A DNA stretch of 64,000 nt from a virus, in IMG/VR virus record IMGVR_UViG_3300017917_002937, positions 21,172 to 85,171 of that record; one strand, given 5' to 3'. Below are positions 5,939 to 15,577 of this stretch, piece by piece. The translations under genes were made by a program, and so were the position numbers. A model generated the notes under the pieces. That model saw only the letters and a program-made list of their open reading frames with translations. It searched no databases and was not told where the DNA came from. Numbering within the stretch: the stretch's first letter is position 1; each line of letters starts with the position of its first letter.

Positions 5939-8387
5939 TAATAATAATGTTGATGGTCAAACTTCAGGTGATCAAGACGGACCTGCTGTTGGTGGTCCAG
6001 CAAATGAAACTGAAGCACAGAACGAACAGTATATTAGTCAAGGTGGATCAGATGATGACAACGCAGGAGAAATGGATACTAGTGGTTTAGCACCACAACT
6101 TAATGACAACGCAGGAGAAATGGATACTAGTGGTTTAGCACCACAAATTAATACTACAAGTAAAAAGCAACCAAGTAATCCAAATCAACGAGTAGGAAAA
6201 CGCAAAGACAATCCATTAAGTAATTTAGCGAGTTATACCTATCAACTATCGTTATATATGGTTACTCCTGAATCTTATAATTCATTTGTCAACTCAGGCA
6301 GAAGAAATATATCTGCTTTAAATACTGCTTCAAGCACTGGCGGTGCATTTTTAATTGCACAAAGCGGTGGTATAAACAATCAATCAAGTAAAAGAGCTCC
6401 TGGGTTTAATTATGATTACTATATAGATAACTTAAAAATTAAAACAGCTACAGATAGTTCTGCAACACAAACGGCAAGTAATGTTACTACAATTACATTT
6501 ACTATTACTGAACCATATGGTTTTAGTTTTTTAAGTAATCTTAAAAGGGCAAATGAAGCATTGGGTAGAGGAAGTACAACTAAAAATGCAAATCAACAAA
6601 AAAATGCTTCTAGACAATTTTTTATTATTGGTATAAGATTTTTAGGATACGATATTAATGGAAAATTAATTACAGGTAAAGAATCGTTTGTAAGTAATGC
6701 CAATGATAATAGTGGAAATAGTGATGGTATTTTTGAACGTTATTATGATGTTTTTATAACAAATATAAAATTTAAAATAGATGGTAAAGCTGTTATTTAT
6801 AATATAGAAGCAAAAACGGCGGCACCAGACATTGCATTTGGAAACAAAAAAGGCAGAACTACAAAAGATTTACAAATTACTGCTGCTAATGTATTTGACG
6901 CCTTGGTGGGCGATGATGAAGATGGTACAATAATCGGCTTATTAACTAGTTTAAATCGTCAACAAAAACTTGAAGTTGCAGATAATGTAAGAGAATTGGC
7001 TAACACATATTCTGTTGTATTTAAAGGACAAGGAAACGAACTCATTCGTAATGCGTCAATTGCAGATGAAACACAAAAATCACAATGGCCTATGAAGGCT
7101 ACTAATAAACAAAAAGTAAATCCATATTTAGAAACCAAAGCAGTACCTAATAGTTTATTAAGGACATTAAAATTTAAAACCGATACAAGTATCATGCAAG
7201 CTATTGGTTTAATTATTTTGCAAAGTGATTATCTAAAACAAGCATTAACAAAACTTTATGATAGTGACCCAGAAGGTGAGGAAGATGATCCCAATAATCC
7301 TAGACCACCTAAAGGAGGAATCACATGGTATAACTTAAGTGCAGATGTTAGAGTAAATGGATATGATACAAAAGTAGGAGATTATGCATATGATATAACC
7401 TATATTATACAACCTTATCAAGCGCCTATTGTTATAAGTCCATATGTAAATGATGAAATTAATTATTATGGACCTGTAAAACGTTATGAATATTGGTATA
7501 CAGGACAAAATAATGCTATTATTAAGTATGAACAGGAACTTAACAATGCTTATTTTAATGTGACTTTAGATACACGTAGTGATGGTAAGGGTAATGATAA
7601 AGGAGGTGATGCAAGTATACCGTTAGAACCTAATAAAAATCAGCCTCAACCAAGTCAAGGTGATTTAAGTAAAGGATTATTCCCTCAAAATAGTGTGGTA
7701 ACATCACTTTATGATCCTGGTTCATACGCCCAAGCAAGAGTAACAATTTTAGGAGATCCTGACTTTTTAGTTATAGATAGTCCAGATACTATCAATAGCG
7801 TTTATAATAGATTTTATGGTAGTGATGGTTTTACTATAAATGCGAATGGTGGTCAAACTTTTATTGAAATAGATTTTAAAGAACCAGTTGACTATCTGAA
7901 TAGTTCAGGTTTATTAAGTATTAATGAGTCTATTGAATTTTTTAGATATCCTCCTAAAGTACCTAAAGTTAAAGGTGTTAGTTATAGAGTAGTTTGGGTA
8001 ACATCAACATTTAATAAGGGAGTTTTTACACAGGAACTTGAATTAAAATTAAACACATTTCCAAATAATAAAAGTAAAGCTGCTAATGACGGTGGTCGTA
8101 TACCTTCAGGTGAAAATGCAAGAGATGATTTATTATTAAGAGGTCAAGGGAATACTGCGAGCGAAAGTGAAAATGTACAACCTAAAGGTTTAAAAGACGA
8201 TCCTCCTGCACCTAACGCTACTGAATATATAGCAGATGATTTTAGAAGCGAAAATCAAGGCGACATAACTTCGCAACAAAATTCATCTCCAACTACAAGA
8301 GGTGGTTTTGTTCAGGATGGTGATAATACAGCAGATAATATTGTTTACATAGCAGATGATTTTAGATCAGAAGGTAGAGAGGTTTAA
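5931..8387 (+). CDS. Baseplate hub protein (gp27/VgrG-N-like)
   Basis: Lies between gp53-like and gp5-like genes; NPLSNLASYTYQLSL, ITEPYGFSFL, ILGDPDFL and GVFTQELEL motifs. Confidence 0.55.
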   Translation: MSNNNNVDGQTSGDQDGPAVGGPANETEAQNEQYISQGGSDDDNAGEMDTSGLAPQLNDNAGEMDTSGLAPQINTTSKKQPSNPNQRVGKRKDNPLSNLASYTYQLSLYMVTPESYNSFVNSGRRNISALNTASSTGGAFLIAQSGGINNQSSKRAPGFNYDYYIDNLKIKTATDSSATQTASNVTTITFTITEPYGFSFLSNLKRANEALGRGSTTKNANQQKNASRQFFIIGIRFLGYDINGKLITGKESFVSNANDNSGNSDGIFERYYDVFITNIKFKIDGKAVIYNIEAKTAAPDIAFGNKKGRTTKDLQITAANVFDALVGDDEDGTIIGLLTSLNRQQKLEVADNVRELANTYSVVFKGQGNELIRNASIADETQKSQWPMKATNKQKVNPYLETKAVPNSLLRTLKFKTDTSIMQAIGLIILQSDYLKQALTKLYDSDPEGEEDDPNNPRPPKGGITWYNLSADVRVNGYDTKVGDYAYDITYIIQPYQAPIVISPYVNDEINYYGPVKRYEYWYTGQNNAIIKYEQELNNAYFNVTLDTRSDGKGNDKGGDASIPLEPNKNQPQPSQGDLSKGLFPQNSVVTSLYDPGSYAQARVTILGDPDFLVIDSPDTINSVYNRFYGSDGFTINANGGQTFIEIDFKEPVDYLNSSGLLSINESIEFFRYPPKVPKVKGVSYRVVWVTSTFNKGVFTQELELKLNTFPNNKSKAANDGGRIPSGENARDDLLLRGQGNTASESENVQPKGLKDDPPAPNATEYIADDFRSENQGDITSQQNSSPTTRGGFVQDGDNTADNIVYIADDFRSEGREV
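6055..6146 (+). repeat. Exact 44-bp direct repeat, 48-nt period (DNAGEMDTSGLAPQ x2)
   Basis: Identical copies at 6055-6098 and 6103-6146. Confidence 0.95.
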
Positions 8388-8389
8388 CA

Positions 8390-11300
8390 ATGCAAGATAA
8401 TTTTAAACCTTATGGTAGCACCGCTAGCGGTGAAGTAGGCGCAGGTAAAGGCAATTATAGAACTGTACCAGTAATAGGTGTTGTTAAAGATAATATTGAT
8501 CCTATAAGGTCGGGCAGATTGCAGGTATTTGTAGCTGATATAGGTGGCAGTGATCCTGATAATGCTGATAGTTGGATAACAGTAAATTATCTTACTCCGT
8601 TTTATGGTTATGTAGAACCAACGTCAAACAATACAGGTCCAGGAGATTTTGTAGGTAATCCAGCAAGTTATGGAATGTGGTTTAGTCCACCTGATATTGG
8701 TACTGAGGTTCTTTGTGTTTTTGTAAATGGTGATCCTAATTATGGTTTTTGGGTGGGTTGTATACCTAAGCCAGAAGCATTAAGAATGGTTCCTGCTATT
8801 GGAGCTAATTTTCCTAATGAAAATGTTGTGCCTAATAAAGGTGAAGGAAAATCATTGGGTGGTGCTGAAAGATTGCCTGTTACAAATATGAACACTAATG
8901 ATGCCAATCAAGAAGATAGTCCATTATTTTTAACTGCCCCTAAACCTGTACATAGTTATGTTGCATCTATTATGGCACAACAAGGTATAATTCGTGATCC
9001 AATAAGGGGTCCAATATCAAGTAGTAGCCAACGTGAGAGTCCAAGTCGTGTAGGATGGGGTGTAAGTACACCTGGTAGACCTATTTACGAAGGAGGTTAT
9101 ACAGACGATACAATATTAAGTTCACTTGAAGAATCTAACCAAGAAACCTTAAAGGTAATTAGCCGTAGAGGTGGACATAGTATTGTCATGGATGATGGTG
9201 ATATAGTTGGACAAGATCAATTAATTAGAATTAGAACAGCATTAGGACATCAAATATTATTAAGTGATAGTGGACAAGTCCTTTCTATATTGCATAGTAA
9301 TGGACAAAGTTATATTGAGTTAGGTAAAGAGGGTACAATTGATATGTACTCAACTAATTCAGTAAACATTAGAACACAAGGTGATTTAAATTTACATGCA
9401 GATAACAATGTTAACATTCATGCTAAAAAGAAATTACAAATTTTTGCAGAGGAATCAACTGTAAATATTGAAAAAGATTTATCAGTAAAAACAGGTAAAG
9501 ATTTTCAAGCTTATACAATGGGTAAGTTTACTCATTTGGTAGATGGTGCATACAGTATAAAATGCACTGGTGAAGCAAGTCTTAACAGCTCAAGTATTAC
9601 TTATATAAATGGCAGTAAAGTTAATTTAAATACTGGTGAAACAAGTGTAACACCTGAAAAAGTAAAAGATTTACCTATTGTCGCACATAGTGATACACTG
9701 TTTGATAGTGAAAAAGGATATGCAGCAGCTCCAGTTAAATTACAAAGTATTACATCAAGAGCACCTGCACACTATCCATGGTCAAGTGCAAATCAGGGGG
9801 TAGCCGTTGAAACATCAACTAATGCTAGTGAAAATTTACCTGCTAATCCAAGTTCCAGTGCTGATGCTGTAAATAATTTGGCAGATAATGCTGCTAATGA
9901 AGCAGAAGTAAGTGCAGCAGGTATAAGCACGGTACCACCAGTTGAAGCGGTTAGCCCTTCAATTGATAAAGCTACCACTACAGGACTTGTAAGTGCAGCA
10001 GCAACCTCAGCAGCAACAGGACCTTTAAAGGATGCAGTTGCAAAGGGTGCTGATATAGTAAAAACAGCTACAGGAAATATTGCAGCAGTTGGACCGTTAG
10101 CATTAAATCCAAAACAATTAGAAACAGCAGGATTCATTAAGCCAGGATCTAGTGCGACTGTAAATGCACTAATACAATCAGGTGCTAATATAACACAATC
10201 AATGTCTAATGCAATATTCACAGGTAAAGATGGTGTAAAATCTGTTGTTGATATGGCAACTAACTTACCAGCACAAGTTGGAGCGGCAGTTAGAAACTTG
10301 CAACAGGTACAAAGTGGGCTACAGGCAACAGGAATTATGTCAGGTAAAGAAGCTCCAACTGCCGTAGCAGGTATGGTCTTATCAGGTTTTAACAATGGTA
10401 TAACAAACACTGTAAATACAATAAAGAATGTAGCAACTACAGCATTAGGCGGTGTTACAAGTTTAGCTTCAAATACTATAAATTCATTAACTGGTTCAGC
10501 AAGTAAAGTTTTAGGTACTATCAACGCAGGAAACTTTGCAGCAGGCGCTATGAATAATGTAAGTGGAGCATTATCGGCAGTGCAAGGAAGTCTAAGCGCA
10601 CTACCAAAAATTACAGGTGTGTCAGGATTAATTGATGCTGCTAAAGGTGTAAGTGCAAGTGCTTTTACAGCAATTACTGATTCATTTAAGCCTTTACAAG
10701 CAGGGGTACCTCAAAATTTAATACAAATTGCAAAGGCTAATGCAGAAAAAATAGCAGCTAATGCAACTAATGAACTTCAAAATGTAGCAGGACAGTTTTC
10801 TAATTTAACAGGAGGACTAAGTAGTGCTGCTGGTTTACCAACTTCATTGGCAACAAATTTATTACCACAAGCTGGACAACTTTTACAAACTGGTTCACGA
10901 AGTATACAAAATCTTAACTCACAAATACCTGATATATTAAAAACAACAGGAATAAATCCAAGTATTCAAGGTCTCAGTCCTGTAAGTAGTATTGCAAGTG
11001 GTATAAGTGCATTACCTGGTGGACAGGCTGTACTTAATAATATAACTAATTTTGCTAATCCCTCAAATTTATCTGTACCCGGTGTAGATATAATTAAAAA
11101 TGCATCTCAATCTGTTATGACAGCAGCAACAAATGGTCTTAGTATACAAGATATTAATAAAAGTTTTGGTACAGTCACAAACTTATTACCACAAACTTCT
11201 AAATTATTAGAAGGTCTTGGAACAAATCCATTATCAAGTTTAGCAGGATCAGGATTACCTGCAGGTGCAGCAGCGCAATTGAATGCAGCAGTGTCAAGTT

Positions 11301-11671
11301 TAAGTAGTGGAAGTGAAATTCAAATTAAGCTTCCTGAAATAGGTTTAAACACTTTAAATAGAAAAGAAATTACTACTAATGTTCAACGAGTATTAGAAAA
11401 TCCTAAAATACCTGCCCCAGATTGGTTAAAAGTACAAAATGTTGAAGCAGATGCAATATTGAAAAATGAGTTTCAAAAACAATTAGAAGAGGATGAAAAA
11501 CGTAAAGAAAAATCAAAAAATTACGATGAACAATTTCTGATTACTAAAAAAGCAAAAGAAGAATTTTCTAATGCTTTAAATATTTTAGATGAGGGAGATT
11601 CACAAATTCCTATATTAAAAACAAAGTATATAGAAGAATATAAAAAGTTAATTGAAATAATAAAATCTTGA
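8390..11671 (+). CDS. gp5/VgrG-like baseplate central spike with a long C-terminal extension
   Basis: OB-fold GVVKDNIDPIRSGRLQV...SYGMWFSPPDIGTEV; beta-helix region RRGGHSIVMDD...IRIRTALGHQILLSD; then a long Ala/Gly/Ser-rich tail. Confidence 0.8.
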   Translation: MQDNFKPYGSTASGEVGAGKGNYRTVPVIGVVKDNIDPIRSGRLQVFVADIGGSDPDNADSWITVNYLTPFYGYVEPTSNNTGPGDFVGNPASYGMWFSPPDIGTEVLCVFVNGDPNYGFWVGCIPKPEALRMVPAIGANFPNENVVPNKGEGKSLGGAERLPVTNMNTNDANQEDSPLFLTAPKPVHSYVASIMAQQGIIRDPIRGPISSSSQRESPSRVGWGVSTPGRPIYEGGYTDDTILSSLEESNQETLKVISRRGGHSIVMDDGDIVGQDQLIRIRTALGHQILLSDSGQVLSILHSNGQSYIELGKEGTIDMYSTNSVNIRTQGDLNLHADNNVNIHAKKKLQIFAEESTVNIEKDLSVKTGKDFQAYTMGKFTHLVDGAYSIKCTGEASLNSSSITYINGSKVNLNTGETSVTPEKVKDLPIVAHSDTLFDSEKGYAAAPVKLQSITSRAPAHYPWSSANQGVAVETSTNASENLPANPSSSADAVNNLADNAANEAEVSAAGISTVPPVEAVSPSIDKATTTGLVSAAATSAATGPLKDAVAKGADIVKTATGNIAAVGPLALNPKQLETAGFIKPGSSATVNALIQSGANITQSMSNAIFTGKDGVKSVVDMATNLPAQVGAAVRNLQQVQSGLQATGIMSGKEAPTAVAGMVLSGFNNGITNTVNTIKNVATTALGGVTSLASNTINSLTGSASKVLGTINAGNFAAGAMNNVSGALSAVQGSLSALPKITGVSGLIDAAKGVSASAFTAITDSFKPLQAGVPQNLIQIAKANAEKIAANATNELQNVAGQFSNLTGGLSSAAGLPTSLATNLLPQAGQLLQTGSRSIQNLNSQIPDILKTTGINPSIQGLSPVSSIASGISALPGGQAVLNNITNFANPSNLSVPGVDIIKNASQSVMTAATNGLSIQDINKSFGTVTNLLPQTSKLLEGLGTNPLSSLAGSGLPAGAAAQLNAAVSSLSSGSEIQIKLPEIGLNTLNRKEITTNVQRVLENPKIPAPDWLKVQNVEADAILKNEFQKQLEEDEKRKEKSKNYDEQFLITKKAKEEFSNALNILDEGDSQIPILKTKYIEEYKKLIEIIKS

Positions 11672-11672
11672 T

Positions 11673-11680
11673 GATAAATA
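11673..11680 (+). promoter_or_regulatory. Late promoter motif GATAAATA
   Basis: Intergenic, 18 nt before the gp25-like ATG. Confidence 0.65.
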
Positions 11681-11698
11681 TTTTTATAAGGTTTAAAT

Positions 11699-12148
11699 AT
11701 GCCATATTATTTGGGTTTTAGTACAATAGGATCAAACTTGCCAATAACAACAAACGCACCTGGGGGTGTAGATGGTGGGTTTGGTGGTATCATGAAACCA
11801 ATTAATACTGGAAGAAAATATAAATTAGTTGATGAAAAACTTGTATTACAGGATTTCATAAATGCACTTAATATAAGACAAGGACAAAAGGTAGGACAAC
11901 CTGGTTATGGAACCACACTTTGGGATTTTGTGTTTGAACCAAATAATGCAGACACTCAATTTAAGTTAGAAACAGAAATTAGGCGTATAGGTAATCTTGA
12001 CCCTAGATTAGAGTTAAATTCTGTAAGAGCTTTCCCACAAGAACTTGGTATACTAATCGAAGTAGAAATGAGTGTAACACCATTCAATAACGCTAGAATT
12101 TTAAGCGTATTCTTTAATAATCAAACAAACAAAGCTATTTTACAGTGA
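11699..12148 (+). CDS. gp25-like baseplate wedge / sheath initiator
   Basis: LNIRQGQKVGQPGYGTTLWDFVFEP...DPRLEL motif of the gp25/GPW family. Confidence 0.85.
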   Translation: MPYYLGFSTIGSNLPITTNAPGGVDGGFGGIMKPINTGRKYKLVDEKLVLQDFINALNIRQGQKVGQPGYGTTLWDFVFEPNNADTQFKLETEIRRIGNLDPRLELNSVRAFPQELGILIEVEMSVTPFNNARILSVFFNNQTNKAILQ

Positions 12149-12171
12149 TCAAATAGTTGGTTTTTAAGTAT

Positions 12172-12179
12172 GATAAATA
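12172..12179 (+). promoter_or_regulatory. Late promoter motif GATAAATA
   Basis: 16 nt before ATG 12196; supports that start over the track's 12157. Confidence 0.65.
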
Positions 12180-12195
12180 CTTTAAAGAGATACAT

Positions 12196-15100
12196 ATGGC
12201 TATAAGTTCTAGACAATCCGCACTTTTTGGTATCAATGATTGGAAAGCAATTTATCAAACTTTCCGTGAGGCTGATTTTCGTAGTTATGATTATGAAACC
12301 TTAAGAAAAAGTTTTATAGATTATTTAAAAATCTATTATCCAGAAACGTTTAACGATTATATTGAAAGTAGTGAATTTATTGCATTACTTGATGTAATGG
12401 CCTACATGGGTCAAGGTTTAGCATTTAGAAATGACTTGAATACTAGAGAAAATTTTATTGATACTGCTGAACGCAGAGATAGTGTCATAAAGTTAGCCAA
12501 TTTAGTAAGTTATACTCCTAAAAGAAATTTATGTGCTGAAGGGTATTTAAAGATTACAAGTATTCAAACTAGTCAAAACATAAGTGATATTAATGGTACA
12601 AATTTAAGTAACATACCTATACTATGGAACGACCCAGCCAATCCAAATTGGTTAGAACAATTTAATACGATCCTAAATGCTACATTAATTAGTAATCAAA
12701 GAATAGGTAGACCTGGTAATGTTTCTGATTTGTTAGGTGTTACAACAAGTGAATATTCTATGCAAATTCCTGTTAACACATTACCTATAGTTCCATTTAC
12801 AAGCACTGTTGATGGTATCAATATGGATTTTGAATTAGTAAGTAGCACCAGTTTAGATGCAGATTATATCTACGAATTACCTCCTGCTCCAACAGGCAAG
12901 TTTAATTTTTTGTATAGAAATGATAAATTAGGTTACGGGAGTCCTAATACAGGTTTTTTCTTTTATTTTAAACAAGGCGCACTAACAAACTTTGATTTTA
13001 ATTTAGAACAACAAATTAGTAACCAAAGCATATTGATTGACATTCAAGGTATTAATAATACTGATACTTGGTTATATCAATTAAATGTAAATAACGGTGG
13101 AAACGTATTATGGAATAAAGTAGAAAGTGTATATGCTGATGCATATCTACAGACACAAACAAGTAGTAGAGAAATTTTTAGTGTAACTTCAGGATTTAAT
13201 GATACTGTATCTTATGTGTTTGGTGATGGAGTTTTTAGTAAAATTCCAGTTGGATTATTTAGAGCATATGTTAGATCAAGTAATGGTTTAACATATACAA
13301 TTGATCCAAACGAAATACAAGGTTTAAGTGTAACATTCTCATATTTAAGTAGAGTAGGTAGATTAGAAACGCTTACTTTAGGTTTAACATTAACGATTCC
13401 TGTAAGTAATGCACAAGCAAGAGAAAGTTTAGCTAGTATTAAACAACGAGCACCTACTAGATACTATACACAAAATCGTATGGTTAACGGAGAAGATTAT
13501 AGTAATTTTCCATATACACTATACAGTTCAATAATTAAAAGTAAAGCAATTAATAGAAGTAGCATAGGTGTAAGTAAAAATTTAGACTTACTTGATCCGA
13601 CAGGAAAATATTCAAGTACCAATAGTTTTGGAAGTGACGGAGCATTATATCAAAATAGTGATAATGGTGTACTAACACTTACTATAACTAATACAGGGGA
13701 TATTATTACATTTTTAACTGGAGACCTAGCAGCAGCACTTGCTGCAAATAGGTCTACACAGTATTACTTGCAAAATTATCCAAGATACAACTTAGATAGT
13801 GCATCTGGTGATGGTGTTGTATATTGGAATAATTCAACAGTAAATGCTAATTCAGATACAGGTTATTTTTATAATTTAAATGTTACTTCAATCGTACCTA
13901 TACCCGTTGGTACTTTTTCAAGTTTAAATGCAAAATATATTACAAAAGGTGCATTAATCAAGGTTACAGCACCTACTGGATATTATTTTGATGAGAATAA
14001 TAGATTAATTTCAGGAATACCAACTCCTAGTAATCCAACTTATTTTTGGACTACAGTTTTAAATGTAGTCGGTGATGGTAATAATAATGGAGAAGGTAAT
14101 TTTACAAATGGTTTAGGTCCTATTACACTGAACGGATATGTTCCTTCTGGTGTAATAATTACTACTGTAATACCTAGTTTTGATAATACTTTGTCTAATA
14201 ATATTATTCAAGAAATAATCACAAAAATGGAATTAAACCAAAATTTTTCATTATTATTTAATAATTCATTGACAATAGGACAAGATCGGTGGGATATTGA
14301 TAATTATGATACTTCAGGTTGGTTTGTAAATTTTCTTTCAGACGGATCAAATCGTTATACTATTACATATAAATCATTGACTTATTATTTTGGTAGTGTA
14401 AGTGACACACGTTTTAGTTTTGATAGAGATAAACTTGTATATGATCCTTTTTCAGGAAAAATCTTACAAGATTTCATAAAAGTTTTAATAACAAATACTC
14501 AACCAACAAATAGTTATCCATTATCTAATCCAATTATTACAAATATAGTTGGACAAACTGTTGCGACAGATGGATACATAAATGATTTTGAAGTTGAAGT
14601 TGCAACTACAGATGTAAACAATAGAACATTAATTGTTAATCCAGACTTTTTCAACATCATTACAGGGTATACATCAGGTTCAAGTAACATTGGTATCTAT
14701 GTATTTTTTACATTAGTACAAGATGCAATAAATTTATCACGTTATCAACTATTACCCACAACCGATGTAGTTTATATCTACCCTACAAAAACTAGTATTG
14801 AAATTATAAAATATGAATATCCATTGGGACAGTTGTTTTATGCTTATACTGATAACAAATTTTATGTAACCATTCAAGATCAGACTGTTACAACTCCCTA
14901 CTATATTGTAACTGAACAACCTGAAGGTCAATATACTGTTTTACCAGGCAGACAAGGTCTACAATATCAATATAGACATAATAGTAATAATACCACTAGA
15001 ATTGATCCTGCTACAACAAATATTATTGATTTATATGTCGTAACACAAAGTTATTACACGCAATATCAAAATTATATTACAGACAGTACAAATACCATAC

Positions 15101-15573
15101 CCGAACCTGATAGACCCACTATAGCAGAACTATCATCTGAATATGGACTTGTAAATGATTATAAAATGTTAAGTGATAGTTTAGTGCTTAATAGTGTAAT
15201 TTTCAAACCATTATTTGGTCCTAAAGCTGCACCCGCTTTGAGAGCAACAATTAAAGTCATTAAATCTAGTTCTACAAATGCAAGTGATAGTGAAATCAGA
15301 AGTGCAGTATTAGGTTCAATGAATACTTATTTTAATATAAACAATTGGAGTTTTGGAGATACGTTCTATTTCAGTGAATTAGCAGCTTATTTACATAATG
15401 AATTGGGGGACTTAATAAGTTCAGCAGTATTAGTGCCAAATGATCCAACATTAAAGTTTGGTGATTTATATGAAATAAAATCTGGCCCATATGAAATTTT
15501 TGTAAATGGTGCCACTGCAAATGATGTTGTTATTATTAGTGCCCTTACACCGGCAGAACTACAGATAGGTTAA
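12196..15573 (+). CDS. gp6-like baseplate wedge protein
   Basis: SYDYETLR...FNDYIESSEFIALLD...ENFIDTAERRDSV..LA, FGDG and QNRMVNGEDY motifs of gp6/baseplate J. Confidence 0.85.
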   Translation: MAISSRQSALFGINDWKAIYQTFREADFRSYDYETLRKSFIDYLKIYYPETFNDYIESSEFIALLDVMAYMGQGLAFRNDLNTRENFIDTAERRDSVIKLANLVSYTPKRNLCAEGYLKITSIQTSQNISDINGTNLSNIPILWNDPANPNWLEQFNTILNATLISNQRIGRPGNVSDLLGVTTSEYSMQIPVNTLPIVPFTSTVDGINMDFELVSSTSLDADYIYELPPAPTGKFNFLYRNDKLGYGSPNTGFFFYFKQGALTNFDFNLEQQISNQSILIDIQGINNTDTWLYQLNVNNGGNVLWNKVESVYADAYLQTQTSSREIFSVTSGFNDTVSYVFGDGVFSKIPVGLFRAYVRSSNGLTYTIDPNEIQGLSVTFSYLSRVGRLETLTLGLTLTIPVSNAQARESLASIKQRAPTRYYTQNRMVNGEDYSNFPYTLYSSIIKSKAINRSSIGVSKNLDLLDPTGKYSSTNSFGSDGALYQNSDNGVLTLTITNTGDIITFLTGDLAAALAANRSTQYYLQNYPRYNLDSASGDGVVYWNNSTVNANSDTGYFYNLNVTSIVPIPVGTFSSLNAKYITKGALIKVTAPTGYYFDENNRLISGIPTPSNPTYFWTTVLNVVGDGNNNGEGNFTNGLGPITLNGYVPSGVIITTVIPSFDNTLSNNIIQEIITKMELNQNFSLLFNNSLTIGQDRWDIDNYDTSGWFVNFLSDGSNRYTITYKSLTYYFGSVSDTRFSFDRDKLVYDPFSGKILQDFIKVLITNTQPTNSYPLSNPIITNIVGQTVATDGYINDFEVEVATTDVNNRTLIVNPDFFNIITGYTSGSSNIGIYVFFTLVQDAINLSRYQLLPTTDVVYIYPTKTSIEIIKYEYPLGQLFYAYTDNKFYVTIQDQTVTTPYYIVTEQPEGQYTVLPGRQGLQYQYRHNSNNTTRIDPATTNIIDLYVVTQSYYTQYQNYITDSTNTIPEPDRPTIAELSSEYGLVNDYKMLSDSLVLNSVIFKPLFGPKAAPALRATIKVIKSSSTNASDSEIRSAVLGSMNTYFNINNWSFGDTFYFSELAAYLHNELGDLISSAVLVPNDPTLKFGDLYEIKSGPYEIFVNGATANDVVIISALTPAELQIG

Positions 15574-15577
15574 TTAA

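Noticed and set aside
6055-6146. Direct repeat as a CRISPR array or att site
   Set aside because: Only two adjacent in-frame copies with no spacer; a coding duplication.
9793-10524. 243-aa minus-strand ORF
   Set aside because: Codon-mirror shadow of the Ala/Gly/Thr-rich region of the gp5-like gene.
12157-12195. Track start of the gp6-like gene at 12157
   Set aside because: The late motif at 12172 and ATG 12196 with a GAG-type RBS give a better start.
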